From NCBI GenBank assembly GCA_029953675.1, contig JAMWBK010000008.1:372001-436000 (forward strand): DNA of 64,000 nucleotides. Direction: 5' to 3'. This DNA comes from Rhodosorus marinus CCMP1338. Its lineage: Eukaryota; Plantae; Rhodophyta. Position numbers and translations under genes: made by a program. The notes beneath the pieces were generated by a model. It made no database searches. It saw nothing but the letters and a program-made list of their open reading frames with translations, and was not told where the DNA came from. Each line of letters opens with the position of its first letter. Within the stretch, counting starts at the first letter, position 1. This document shows, in pieces, positions 12,252-24,779 of this stretch.

Positions 12252-13282
12252 TTAACCAACTGCGTCCATGACTGCAGCCTTTGCTGCGAGTTCAGAACGT
12301 TGCGCTTCAAGGTATCCGATCGTGTACTCCATCCTTTCTTTTGTATCTCTGCTTTCCAATAGCCTTCTTCTTTCATAGATGGGCTGATCGATGAGGTCTG
12401 CGATGAGGAAGCTTACTGTCTCATGTCGCAGTGCTGAATTCAAGGCTCCAGTGGCCCCCTGTCAACCAGCGCGGAACCAGAGTAGCCAAAGTTAGCAGAG
12501 TTTTATTGGAGATGAAAGATTGTATCCTGGAGTTATATGGCGACTCACTGCCATTTTTGACGGATCTCTCAGCGATTCAACAACGCGATCGAGCTCGTTA
12601 AGAGTGCCCTGTCCGTCGCCGTCCTTCACGGTGAGCTTCATGCTGAGTTGGATCACGTCGCTCATGGTATCTAGCAGCTCCTTCTCGGTCGTGAAGAGGT
12701 CTTCTTCGGTGGGCTCGTCCGAAAATGGTTCTACGTCGGCAAGAAAGGGCGAAGCAGAAACAACCTCCAGCATTTTCAAACGTGACATTCCAAGGCATGT
12801 CATCTCCAGAACCGAAGTGCCATCTGGGGTAAACACATCTTGCTTTTCAATTATCGCTGCTCTCGTTCCAACCTAATCACCACGAAAAGACGAAAACAAT
12901 GCCTCAGCTACTGAGCTCTCGACACGGCAAAGAATCCGTTTATGCACGAAAAGACCTTTGACATTTCATTGTTCGTTTCGACGAAAAAGTGGCCAATGAT
13001 GTCCGTCTCTGTCCCCTCATCATCAATCCCCTGCTTAATTGCTTCAACCGTCTCCTTATCGTCTACCGCGACCTTGACAAACGCTCCTGGAAATAATACA
13101 TTTGAACCGGACGCAACAGAAACAGGAACCACCAACAACTTTCTCCTACCCCCACCATCCTGACCAGACTTACCATCCTCAGCCTCAGCTTTCCAAACTA
13201 CCCTCCTCCTCCTCCCATGACAGCTTCGTCTCCCAACTCCTCCCACCCTCAACAATCCAAAACTATCAACAAATCCTACCAT
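12252..13282 (-). CDS. Plastid-targeted Lon N-terminal (substrate-binding) domain protein, 3 exons
   Basis: Transit-like MVGFVDSF...RRRRVVWKAE, then VLFPG...VGTRAAI...CLGMSRLKMLEVVSASPFLADVE...SFLIADL...ERRRLLESRDTKER. Introns ~12954-12873 and ~12535-12460. Confidence 0.75.
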
Positions 13283-13687
13283 ACTTAGCCAACTCCACAG
13301 AATCCAGTCTCAAACCCAAAGCCAACTAACCCATCCCCTTCCATCCCATCCATCCCATCCCCCTTCGAACCCCGACGACGGTACTTAGCATTTTGTCCCC
13401 GTCACAGGAGAACTTATCAATCATACCAACCCCTGAATCCAATAAAAAAATTAACTTACCATATAACTGATACTACCAAAATCAATCTATATATATATTG
13501 ACTGAAAAAATATAGTGTTTTAAAATATTTAATGCGTATTAATTTTAAATAGATTGAATACAATAGTGACAGTTATATATCAAGATAATTTTTTCAGCGG
13601 CTGTGAGAGGGGTAAAGATTTGTATCGGAACGACAAGGGTTTAGGTTGGTATCTCGTTGAGGAGGGTTTTGAGGTGGAATGGCTTAA

Positions 13688-14763
13688 TGGGAAAGGAGGG
13701 GATGGTGTTGGTGGGAAGGGAGGAAAGGTTAAGAGACAGGAAGTACCAGTAAGAAAACTCTCTGTTTGTTGATCCTTTGCCTGCTCCTGTGGGATTTGAG
13801 TAGGATGGGGTTGTGTTTTGGCTCCAAGTACGCCTGTGGTTTTGGTGATAATAGAGAAGTTCTGGGTAAGGTGAGTAGTTAGATGGAGCTGAGAGAAGCT
13901 CTTTTGCTTCTTGTTAGACGACTTGTCGGAATGCGATTAGAGCAGTTTCGGATTTTGTGTTTGGAGAATGGGAGGGAAACAAGGTTTAGACTGTGCAAAA
14001 AAAGTCTATGATTGGGTGGAGTTGGTGGTGGGGTATTGGAGGTTACGTTTCGGCGGGTTGTTTGCACTTCTTGCTGGGAGGGTTGGTCCTGGAAAGAAGG
14101 TTGGTAGGGTTTTAGGCTTGTGGAGCTTTAGTGAGCAAGTTGTCGAAATGGTGTTTTATCAACATTTCGATAGCTTCCTGCACAGCATAGCACGACCCGG
14201 TATTGGTCTACAGGACAGATGCAGACTTGGATAGTTTTCGCATGACGAGGTTTTCTGAGAAAAACTTTAAGACCACTGCGCCTAGGATCGAGGCGTCGAT
14301 CTGGATTTGCTTAGCCTGAGAGACGGATATCTGTTTTCGACTCTTCAGCGTCCTGCTACTCTTCAGATTCTGCATGATCCGCACATCCGACTTATCTTCG
14401 GACCCTCGGTTTCGATTCAGCTTTCGAACCGGACATGCAAGGCTTTTGTTCAGGTTATTTTATGCCTTTACTTAATGACCACTAGTTCACATACTCACCA
14501 GTTCCGAATCCCGATGATATTACCAGCCGTCCGAGTTTTCTCTCATTGAGTCAATACAAAACTTTCCTGTACTTGGTGAGCTGCGAACTTCGCTGCCACC
14601 GCAAGCCCGGCTTGATCATGTCCATCTCCGGAATGAGTCCGACTTCTATGACGGTGCTCACGACAGTCAACGGGAAAGCGCAAACCTTGGGCCTCCTGAA
14701 AGGATTCAGCACATTAGGGATTATTGTTTTTCAAGAGTCAAAACTACCAAAACGTTCTTCTAA
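13688..14763 (+). CDS. Possible multi-exon gene, product unassigned
   Basis: A G-rich leader follows the AT-rich island at 13400-13620, and several GT-AG pairs are plausible (e.g. 14454-14501). I could not assemble one convincing ORF. Confidence 0.25.
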
Positions 14764-15283
14764 AGTTCCATCGAATCGCTGCCAAGCTAAACGGGAACCT
14801 CCACAACCTGTTACCGTCAGAGTCCGGGCGCAAACCACTGCCTTGACACATATCACACATCACCCAGCGTCTTAGAATACATTGCGGACAAGGATCTGTC
14901 CGCTGGAGCTTTTTCTCATAGTTCTGGAAGAAAAAAAGGAAACCGAGAAGGCACCAATTCAGGCCCCACTTCAAAGATTATATGCTTGGCGTTCATCCAG
15001 CAAAACAATTCCTGGAGGGCGCTCAGCATACCACAACCCCTTCTCCATCGCAAAGTGGACATCTAACGATTCCAAAACCGCTACATCTAGGACATTTGTT
15101 CTTTGGCCTTTTCCTCAAATACAAACCAGTTCGTCTCTTCTGCTTTGACCTCCATACACCGCTTCGAACAATCACCAGTCCAATGATTCCACCGATTACT
15201 ACAGCCTGTCCAATGGGTCCAAACCTCATATGAGTAGAGGCTCCCAGCCTCAAACCTCCAGACTTTAAGATGTACCCTGACAT
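14744..15283 (-). CDS. DnaJ-like cysteine-rich (CxxCxGxG) zinc-finger protein with N-terminal TM segment, 2 exons
   Basis: CPRCSGFG, CPLCDGEG, CPQC and CDMCQGSG repeats. Intron ~15031-14924. 5' end may extend further. Confidence 0.8.
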
Positions 15284-16935
15284 CGTGTGTCTTTTGCTTA
15301 CTCACTGTTCATTTTCTTCTGTGCTTTGGGTTCAACCCTTCTTCTTCTTCATCGAAAAAGCCGAATGCTTAGGTACATTCTACGCCACTCATCGCACCCG
15401 CCCCAAAGCCATACTTAGTTATTCCCGGCCAGTCCCAACGGCTACAGAAGGAGGAAGATTGCAGATGGGATGCGAACAGGCTGAGTTGTTGTTTCTTCAT
15501 GACGAGACCAAGGCCATAAAGTCTTTTTATCAGACCTGCTCTGTGTATTGAGTCGATCAACTTCACTGGTTGGGAATTCCGGCTGGCGTCCTCGCTTCAA
15601 CGTCTGTTCTACTTCAGCTGGTGGGTGAGTTTTCTTTGTCATTTCGGGTCGGAGTGTTGAGTAGTATCAATCGAGTGGCGGTGTCACTAATTGGAAGCCC
15701 CGGTATGCATGGATTCTTGCCTTCCATGATTGAGCTACTCTGCCCATCAACTGATCCAGCTACTCGGCCGTTCAGAGGGATTTAACTTCCACGGCGTATC
15801 GTTGATCCCCTAGGATGTCCTAACACAGACCTCTGCGATCGCGATAACGATTTTCTTCCTGTGTGAGATTGAGATTGTCGGTTCCTGGTCGTTATCCTGC
15901 TCAACGATCGCCGCGCGTGATCAACGAGAATCACGGCCACCGTCAAGGCCGCAGTGGGATTGTGATATCGACATTTAAGCGCGTCTTCTGACAAGTCTTC
16001 GGCTGGTATCGGGCACACAGTATTCGTCACTGCCATAGGGGCCAAGAAACACGCTCATCATCGTATCGCAGGAAAAGGCCCTCAAACCCCAAAACCCGCG
16101 CCATCCCAACCAACCGTTTCAACCATCAGCCAAATCCAGATTTTCAAATAACATAACCCACACAATTCAAAACTAACCAACAAAACCCTCCCGATTCATC
16201 TATCAATCAAAACGTATCCAATGTATCCAACCAAAATCCGAGATCCACAACAAAGCATCCAATAAAAAACAGTTGAAACATTTATTTTAAAACAATTCAA
16301 TAAATACAAGACACGTGGTAAAAATCAATCATTCATTCACCTGCAAATCCAAACTGTAAGTCGAATTCGAACTTAAACTCAATATACATTATCTACATCA
16401 TATAAAACAATACAAAATATAATTTAATCCAAATATATTTATTTATAAATCGTATTATTTGATATATAATTCCTATAAAGTAAAATAAAAAGGGATAGAG
16501 GAGTGTTCTCAGAGCTTAACACTCCTTTTTTTTCGAAAGGGGGGGAATTGGATCTCGAAGAGGACATGACGTTTTTGAATGAAAAAACAAAAATATCATC
16601 AAAAAAAGAGTGTCTTTGGGGAGAGGAAATTTGTTTTTTTTCTAAGGGGATGGAGGTCTGTGAAAGAGATGCCGAATTTTGGTGGGAGAGAGGGGAAGGT
16701 TTGGCGTGGCAGAGGAGGGAAGAAGGAGGGAAAGCTTTAACTGAGTAAATGGGTGTGTTGGTTTTGGAGGAGGTGAATAGAGTTGAAGGAGGGATTTGAA
16801 ATGAGTTTGTTGGAATAAGGTGTTTTATTATTATTTTTTTCCTTTTTTGGAGGTGGAGGGGGTTGGGGGTTGGGAAGTGTTGAATTGGGATTTGGTGAGG
16901 ACCACTTGTTTGGTCTTCTTTTTTGTGGTAGGAGA

Positions 16936-17541
16936 ATGGCGATGAGGAAGGGTTTTGTTTTGTTGTGTGTGTTGGCACTGGTTTCGGCGCAGGATAGTGA
17001 TGTTTGGCCGATCCCGGATACTACTACAACAGATCTTCCGGAGTCTGTTGAGTATCAGAATGTGCTTATGGTTTGGCAAGTTCTTTTCTTTGGAACTGAG
17101 GTTGACCAGGAGGTCATTACGGCAACAGAGAATTGCTACAACAACGAGGTTGTTGGCCTTCGGGCTCTTGTGAATCAGACCGGGCAGCCTAGGGAGAACG
17201 TGAGTGACCCTGACAATACTGAGTATACGCTTTGGTACTGGGCGGAGATGCGGGACGTGGACTTCAATTTCTTCAGAGACTTCATTGTAGAATTTACCAG
17301 AAGTTTGGAGCTCGGCCTGTGCGCAACGGGCCAAGAAATTCTTGTTAGTTTGACGGAGGCCCCATCTCAGATCGTAGTAGATGTAGACGCCCCCGTGCCG
17401 TTTTGGGCGATCTACATAATTATTGGTGTTCTGATGGTGGTATTCGGTGTAGCCTTGGCCTTTTTATGGTGGAAACAAGGGAAGAAGCCGGCGTACGAAA
17501 TTACGGAATACGTGGAGGCCATTCTCCCGAAGGAGACTTAA
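16936..17541 (+). CDS. Orphan type I membrane protein (signal peptide, ~135-aa ectodomain, one TM helix, short tail)
   Basis: MAMRKGFVLLCVLALVSA signal; TM FWAIYIIIGVLMVVFGVALAFLWW followed by KQGKK; N-glycosylation sequons NQT and NVS. Confidence 0.8.
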   Translation: MAMRKGFVLLCVLALVSAQDSDVWPIPDTTTTDLPESVEYQNVLMVWQVLFFGTEVDQEVITATENCYNNEVVGLRALVNQTGQPRENVSDPDNTEYTLWYWAEMRDVDFNFFRDFIVEFTRSLELGLCATGQEILVSLTEAPSQIVVDVDAPVPFWAIYIIIGVLMVVFGVALAFLWWKQGKKPAYEITEYVEAILPKET

Positions 17542-19120
17542 GCCTTCTCCACAGGGAGAACTTGCACCAAAGCTGTTTGTTGGCTGATGATGCTCATGAT
17601 ACTGACGGGGAGGAACGATCCAGGCGATTTGAGTCGGGCAAAGAAGCGCTTGCAGGAGTAGATATCTTGTTTTCAGTTTGTTTGCTACGGAAAGCTTTCC
17701 GTACGGATGGCCGTGTTCGCCGCCCCTCTAGAGTTGCTTTTCCGACTGTTTTTTGAATGTTGAACGAAACTTTTGGCTTTAAAGTGCGAATGACTTCTAA
17801 GCGGACCCATCCTTTCCCTCGTCCGCCTCGTCGCAGCTGGTACTTTGCCGCACTTTGAACGACATCTTCTGCACCGGTTGATACCGACTTTCCTCGTTCC
17901 CGAAAATAGAATCTCCCAGTCTAGGCCACCGTCCACTCCGTTCCCAAACTTTCCGATGCTGGTAGTCAAAGCAAGCTCCGAAGACTTGCCAAAAACCAGT
18001 TAGCTAGTCAGTGCGCCATGCAAGAGCAATCTTGAATTGCAAGGAGTTGATATGGAAACCAAGAGGCGCCCTGAACGGAAAAAAAAACACGACCGTTGCT
18101 CAATTCTCACTCAGATCGAGACACTCCGTCGAGGAAAACAAGACTTCTTAACGCTCCTCGTGACGGTACATCCAGTAGTCAACTTACCAAACACATAAAG
18201 GCTTCGGAATGTTACAAGTGGTAATGCTAACCCCTGCAGTGGGTAGTGTGCACATCCACTACCCATCCCTCTAAGCAAAAACCAATTTAAAATGATCCAT
18301 AATATAAAAAATACATAAACCAATCAACGACGACTTTAGCAAGAATTATCATATATTTCAAATAAGAACATAAATCAAAAATAAATATACGAAATCACAT
18401 TTTATTTTAGGAATTAATCTATAAAAATATCGTAATATTATATATCCCAATGGCGAGATATCAACAAGAACAAATAAAATACAAAACTAATTTACAATCT
18501 CGTCCCAGGCTCTAGTAATTCTTCCCCAACACAAAATAAATAAAAAGAATAAACAAAATAAATAGACCACATCCTCCTTCTTGTAATAAAACTTCTAAAA
18601 GTTATATTTTATTTATCTCAGATATTGTTAAATAAATCCAATTAAACATATTTCTAGAAGCACCTTATAAAATAAATATTGTCAATAATAAATTTATTGA
18701 AAATATTTATTTTATTGGATATTCCTTTTTATTATTAAACAATTTTTTTGAGGTTGGTGGAAATCTGAGACTGAAGGGGATGGAGAAGACGGGCTGGCTG
18801 CGCTATGCCCTACTTGTTCGTAGAGAAGATTGGCTTGGGGTTTTGGGGAAGGGAATGGGGAGGGTGATGAGGAATGGACTAGGAGTTGTTCTGTTTTATT
18901 CACTAAATCCAGAAGACTTTTTTGTTATATTGCGTGGATTTCTATTTTTTTTCTTGCGGTATTCCTAGGCCTTTTTTGTTGTTGTTTTGCGGTCCAGTTT
19001 GGTGAGGACGGGTGCCTCCCCATTTGTTGTTGTTTCGGCTACCTCGCAGTTGTAGTCTGAGCATCAGTTGTGCATGTGAGGAGGCGCGAGAGCTGTGCTT
19101 TGATCTCAAGGTTTCCCAGT

Positions 19121-20537
19121 ATGGAAAGTTTAGAGGAGATTCTGAACCAGGCTCTGGCGTTCTACAACGACGACAAGCTGTTTCAGGTACGTGGGGGGAT
19201 GTGGGGTGCTTTTGGATGTTCAAGCTTTGATGGTTTCGCTTTCTTAATAATGAGCGCTTCTGGTGGTAACTAGGCTTCACGAAAGGTCGAGGTTTTGACG
19301 GCGGAGGTCGCGAAGATGGAAAAGGACTCGAACGTTTCATCCACCGAGAAGCAGAAACTATCCGAGTTCAAGAAGAAGCTGTCTTCAGATCCCAAGGTGT
19401 TAAAGATGAGACAGCAGAGCTCAGAATGCGCTACTCTCCTGCATGACTGCACATCGATGGAATCATGGGAGATGTGCTACGACGGAGAATCAACGAAGGT
19501 CCACTATAGAAAGGAGCCAGATTCACCCATGCATAGCGTTCGCGTGAGGGGCATTCTGAATGTAGATGTAAGCCTGCAACTGTTCCACTTGAATCTCCCC
19601 ATCGGGTCCACCTACACATCTTCTAATTCTTGCGCTCTTATGAACTCGAACTCGTCGCGTTCATTTCTACTCGATCACTGAACCCTCCCACGCAGTTTGT
19701 AAATTTGGCGAGTCTAATCTATGAAACGGATTTGTACAAGCTCTTCTGGTGGTTCGTGAGGGACATGAAGGAGATCAAGAAGCTCGGTCGATGCGAGAAA
19801 GCCGTTCATGGCATTTATCAAGTTTTTTTTCCAATAAAAGATCGGGAAATACCAATCCTGGGGTAAGGAACATCATCATATCCTATTCTATAAGACTCCG
19901 TCGTGTTGGCTTCTTGGTTGACGGGATAACCGTTTTCTCCCACTACCAAGGTATGGCTGTGATGGCTTGGACGAGGATGACTCCTTCGTTCTGTTCTTTA
20001 GGAGTCTCCGAGAAGACGACCGTGATATAAATGGGAATGTCGTTGGTGTACCAAAACAACCTTCGGGAACGGTTAGAATAGAAATGAAGGTAGCAGGAAT
20101 GCGGTTTGTCCCTGTTTCCAGAAAGGCAGTTGATATGACGATCATCGCAAACCTTGACCCTAAGATATCATTCGTTCCCCGGCCGCTGTTGAACTGGGCC
20201 ACGAGGTAAGAGCGCTCCTGATGCCAATTCCGTGTTTTTCGTCGAGGGCAGGCGCTAAATTACTTCTACGTTGGTGGTCTTCATAAATTATAGGAGCGTA
20301 TTCCGATTTGGCCTACGAATTCTTGAAAGCAAGGCCAATGAGCTTCATAACATGCCGCATATGGAGAGAATGCAAACTGACCCATTCTACGAGTGGTTTA
20401 ACAGTAGAGTGGAGGACTATTTTCGGTCGCACCCGGAAAAACTGCAAGGTGCGGAGAGAGGGAGAACAAGTTTCGACCCAGAGAAAGAGCAGAAGATTTC
20501 GAAACCCCCCAGGCTAGCGTTGCTGGGCGTGAAGTAG
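19121..20537 (+). CDS. START/SRPBCC-like lipid-binding domain protein, paralog 1 (5 exons)
   Basis: WEMCYDGESTKVHYRKEPDSPMHSVRVRG, SLIYETDLYKLFWWF, VFFPIKDRE, YGCDGLDEDD, IANLDPKISFVPRPLLNW. GT-AG introns. Confidence 0.78.
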
Positions 20538-20749
20538 TTGAGAATGCTGATGGATGGGACGCAAACTGGGACCGCGAACTTCCGCTCAGGGACAGTGGGG
20601 ACTAGTGTTGAAGAATGCCGGTTTCCTTCTGTGAACTGGGACCTAGGCGTTCAAGGGAAACTAGGTCCCCGTGCTGATTTGGTCAGAGTTCTTGAGAATC
20701 TGGACCGAATCGGAGAAAATGTGTCCTCTGCTCGCCTGGTTCCCGGCTA

Positions 20750-21700
20750 ACAACGGAGGAGGCCCCCATGGAATTACAGTTCGTGAGCAGGGCTCGAGGT
20801 CCTGAAGAGCCTTTCGATGGACCATATCTGCAGATTCGTTATGCAAGGCCTGGTAAGGCTCCGTAGCGTGGAAATACGAGTGGAAACGCTCACTTATCGC
20901 AACGGCACGCCAGTCGATCGCGGCCCCCAGGCCCCCTTCCCGGCTTTCAAGGGACTTGGGCATCAGGTATACCTGGTGTTGACCGCGTCTGTATGTTAGC
21001 ATACATAATGCCAAAGGAACAGCGGGGTTCAGAATAGTAGGCAACCGGATAAACCAATTCGTCAACACAAGAAAAGTAAGAGCGCAACTGCATCCGAAGC
21101 CCCTGGCACGTCACACAAAATAAACAATTTTCTATCACCTAAGTCCAATCATTATTTGTTTTTAAACAAACCAATAGTTGTCGCCGGAAGCTAGTGTATT
21201 GATTGAATGATCTTACGATTGTCAAATGCCTTGGCCGAAACCCACCTGTTCAACTACTCAGGGGGAGTATGCATTCAGATCAGTTCTGTAAATCTAGCTT
21301 CCATCTATCAGGCTAAACTTCTGTAAAATGGCTCTATCGGACTGTTGTTCTTTCTCAACGAGTTTGCAGTCCCACCATTCGCAGACGCTCTGCTTTTCGA
21401 CAGAGTAGCTCTGTGGACCATATGAGAGTCTCTAACAATCACCCCGTAGCCTCTAATCCGCAGCTACCTACCGCAGTAAAATTCACACGCTCTCAAGGTG
21501 CTCTAAACATACCCAAAAACCCTGCCCAGAGATCTCATTTTTTGCCATAGAATTTGATTCCATCGACGCTTAGTTTTATCCCCGTCAAGGGAGTTATCGC
21601 ATCTGCCTAATCCGCGACATCCTAGAAGCTTTCCCACCACCATGGCAAATTAGCCCATATAGCCTATGCGACCTGCGAGCCGGTGCTCACTAAGAATAGG
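20750..21700 (-). mobile_element. Possible heavily decayed Ty3/gypsy pol remnant (RT C-terminus to RNase H)
   Basis: Broken frames give ..GFLGM.., YPVAYYS and AISERFHSYF in gypsy order on the minus strand, with many stops and frameshifts. Confidence 0.3.
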
Positions 21701-21925
21701 TTAGCACATAGCTGTCAATGCAAGTGCGCGAGGACAAACCGGTAAACACACGCTGTCTGGACTTGTCTGCGGTGAACAAGCCTTCAAGACGATGTTCGCA
21801 AATCCGCATCCTAAGAACAGGGAGGCTCGCTTCTACGGACAGTGAGGCAATGGAAAATTCCATCTTGAGAAGAGATTTTTTTGTATGGCTTACAAGGCTC
21901 GGGATATTTCAAGCCTGTCCACAAC

Positions 21926-23625
21926 CAGTATTGTCATGTGCCGTCCGATAAACGTTATCGGACGGTACCGATAGTTTTTGAAGTGGATGGGCTATTGAAA
22001 AACAGTATAAAAAGAAGGGATATCCGATTGAAATTCTTGGAAAAACAGGTCCGATTGCCGGTCCTATAAACTGGACTGATAAATCGTCCAATATTCAATC
22101 AACGTTATTCTACCAATCAATCATCTTTAGTCCAGGTATTGAATGATGATTACTTCTTGGAATGGCTCGCATATCATGAATCATCATTACTTCTCCTGAT
22201 TAGCTGCCACTATCATGTAATAAATCATGATTAGGCTGGCAAGCATGGCTTGGAGATTGCGGTTAAGGCGGCAACACGACTTGGAGTAGAACAAGCACGG
22301 GCATTACAAAGGTAGTTTTCTCGTGTCCTCTGGTGGCGTGAGTACTTTGGGGATCGAACATATGATTGGTCGCATTTCAGTGTCTTCTTGGGTTAACTCA
22401 GTGGCGGAGTTCAACCGCCCTTATTCTCGAGGCGAGTTCTTTGTGCCGTTCGTATTGCTTAGACACCGGGGAACTTACTCTCGGAGCAAGCCGACTGGAC
22501 TGGATCTTCGATTCACATGACCAGTAGCTTCAGTAGTTTGGTAACCATGAGTTTCGTCAAGAAATGTGTACCCAAGAATGAAGTTGGAGAATTTTTGTGC
22601 CCCACAATACCGATATTTGTGACATCAAGCTCATAGTGTCTGGATGACACGTCCGAAGTCCTGCATATGCGAGGAGCAACAAGTACACTTTAAGATCGCA
22701 GCTATTGAATGTTATACCGAGATGCGATCGGAGCTCACAATGACGACACCGTCGACACCCTTCTGCGTGGAGACGTTCTGTAGGATGGGTAAAGCAAGCT
22801 AATGAATTCTTGAAAGAGGTGACCGTGCACTTGCAGCACCCATCGACACAAGTCAGCGAAGCACGGGCGACACCTCGCGACGAGATTCTGGCGTGACATG
22901 GTATCTTGCGGGATACAGAACAAGTTTCTTGTCGTTTGTTGAGACGTTGCCCGCATCCGGGAAGGCCAGCTGCGTGTTGCCATGAAACTCGCGAGTGTCG
23001 AGGGCCAGGATGGAACGAATCGTACCGTGCTCCAGGGCAATTCGAATCGGTGCACTGAGGTAAGGGGGCCAAACGGAAATCTCGTCCGAGCCCGTCGAAT
23101 AGAAACACGCCTGCTTGAGGTCCAGTGGCGTCCTGACAATTTCGTACATGAGCTCCTGAACTTGAGCTACAATCGTCCTTGTGGAAAGGGAATGCACTAC
23201 TTGTACCGCAGGCGCCCCGAATTGACCAAGGGAACTATGAGATCATCCCTGTAGTAGAACGTAGCCACACACCCCGCTAGAGGGTTTTTAACTCATAGAT
23301 AGACTCCTTATTTCCTCCTGACGGGGCTCCAATAGGGAGTCCTTTAGTAAAGCGTTCACGGTTACGGAGCGGTTGTTTGTGCGATTTCCCAAAGCCCACA
23401 GCCAACGATGCGCTGAAAAAGATGCATTGAAAAATATCGCACGCAATCGGTCGTTATCGGAGCATTTACTGGACGAAGCCTATATTTTCTTTTATATTCA
23501 GGTCCTATAAACTCCAATCGGACCGGGGCAACAGAATATATGCTCTATTATTACGTAAAATACAGGTTCGATAAACTATTACCGGACCGTCCGATGTTTA
23601 TCGGACGGAGCCGACAACCCCACTG
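21926..23625. mobile_element. Non-autonomous hAT-like DNA transposon, 1.7 kb
   Basis: Ends CAGT...ACTG. Inward arms share CAGT..TTGTC...CCGTCCGATAAAC..ATCGGACGGT.CCG.TAGTTT. Flanking 8-mers tccacaac (21918-21925) and ttcacaac (23626-23633) match 7/8, consistent with an 8-bp TSD. Confidence 0.8.
22557..23250 (-). mobile_element. Decayed reverse-transcriptase fragment of CRE-like retrotransposon, nested in the hAT element
   Basis: Frames read ..PIRIALEHGTIRSIL.., DTMSRQNLVARCRPCFADLCRWVLQVHG (resembles NAFN-x-SR..FP.L..WV..YG) and LGITFNSCDLK (resembles GL.LN..K). Confidence 0.5.
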
Positions 23626-23650
23626 TTCACAACACTCTGCACTATATGTA

Positions 23651-23804
23651 TAGGCTTGTGCCAAGTGGGTCGGGTTGTGTGCCAAGTGGGTTAGAGTTTT
23701 CGCTGTTTACGACTCACCCACCCCCTTAAACCCCCTGTTTTCGCGGGTTTAACCACTTCTGGGTCGTAAACGGCGAAAAACCTGACCTACTAGTCACGAC
23801 CCTA
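23651..23804. mobile_element. MITE, copy 2
   Basis: Strong similarity to 7511-7647, with an extra tandem copy of tgtgccaagtgggt in the left arm. TAGG...CCTA ends; possible degenerate TSD ctatat(g/a)t. Confidence 0.85.
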
Positions 23805-23945
23805 CTATATATCCATAATGATCAAAATTCTTGTTGTTTTAGTCGATGATTCGAAGTTAAAGTGAGCTTGGCAGCGAAGTGATAGGCTCGGTAATGTCCA
23901 GGTGATCCAATGCTTCTCTTCAAAAATTTCAAGGAGCTCAAAAGC

Positions 23946-24300
23946 CTACTTCGAGATTCCGATTGTAGATCCACAGTTTGGACAGTCATGTTCAACGGCA
24001 GACGTGCAGTTGCATGTGCCTTTGGAAAAGATGCAGCAAGCAGCGCACGGAAATGCAAGTACAGCTGAGAGCGCAAACCATAGCCAATTCTTGGTGGTGC
24101 CTGTTGATGTACAAGAAAAGGGTGAGCTCCAGATATGCCTTTGTTGACGGAATCCTAGATGTGCACTTACATGAGTCAACGTTGATATCTGTCTGGACGT
24201 TCTGGCGGCAAGATGGGCAACTTATTCTCCTTGACGTCTTTCCAAGATCCGCCGGGATGACTATGACGTCGCCACTCTTGGTATTCATGGGGGAGTTCAT
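23946..24300 (-). CDS. LITAF-domain zinc-binding membrane protein, paralog 1 (one intron, ~24170-24101)
   Basis: Spliced: DLGKTSRRISCPSCRQNVQT..VDSC-TTKNWLWF..FPCAACCIF..VEHDCPNCGSTIG. Two CxxC knuckles flank a hydrophobic segment. Confidence 0.88.
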
Positions 24301-24779
24301 TGTGCACTTTGCTACTTTTTGTCTCTTCGATACTTGTTGTCTCTTTGGTACTTGTTGTCTCTTCAGTAATCTTAGTTTCTGGGTCGCCTTATTCTTTTCT
24401 CTACTTTCTTGGTTGTTGGTTGGACCGTGAAAGCTGCTGAGATATTCTTCATGAAGTGACCATTAAATACTCTTTTTCGCATCGTGCTCGAGGACAGAAG
24501 TCTACCCGAACTTTCATTTACAGAGGAGCGTTTGTCAGCTGCGGGCAAGTACGGCGGAGATCCTGGCACTTGCTATATTACCACCAAGCTTCAGCCGGTC
24601 GCGGATCATCAGTTTGCAGATCACATCGCTTTTTCAGGTAGAAGAGTTTTGTACGAATATCAGACACCGACGCTCAAGGAAATTCGCTGATCAATCCCGC
24701 TCCTCACGTGCAACCACAGAGAACCATAGACATCCAAAAATAATTTTTTCTAACAAAAACTAATCCAAAAGTAGGTTAT

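Noticed and set aside
15300-16050. ORFs upstream of the Zn-finger gene
   Set aside because: All frames are interrupted and no consistent exon chain could be built.
22640-22700. LLLLAYAGLR looked like a tyrosine-recombinase (Crypton/DIRS) motif
   Set aside because: No downstream HxxR or catalytic Tyr motifs, and the flanking frames fit a non-LTR RT better.
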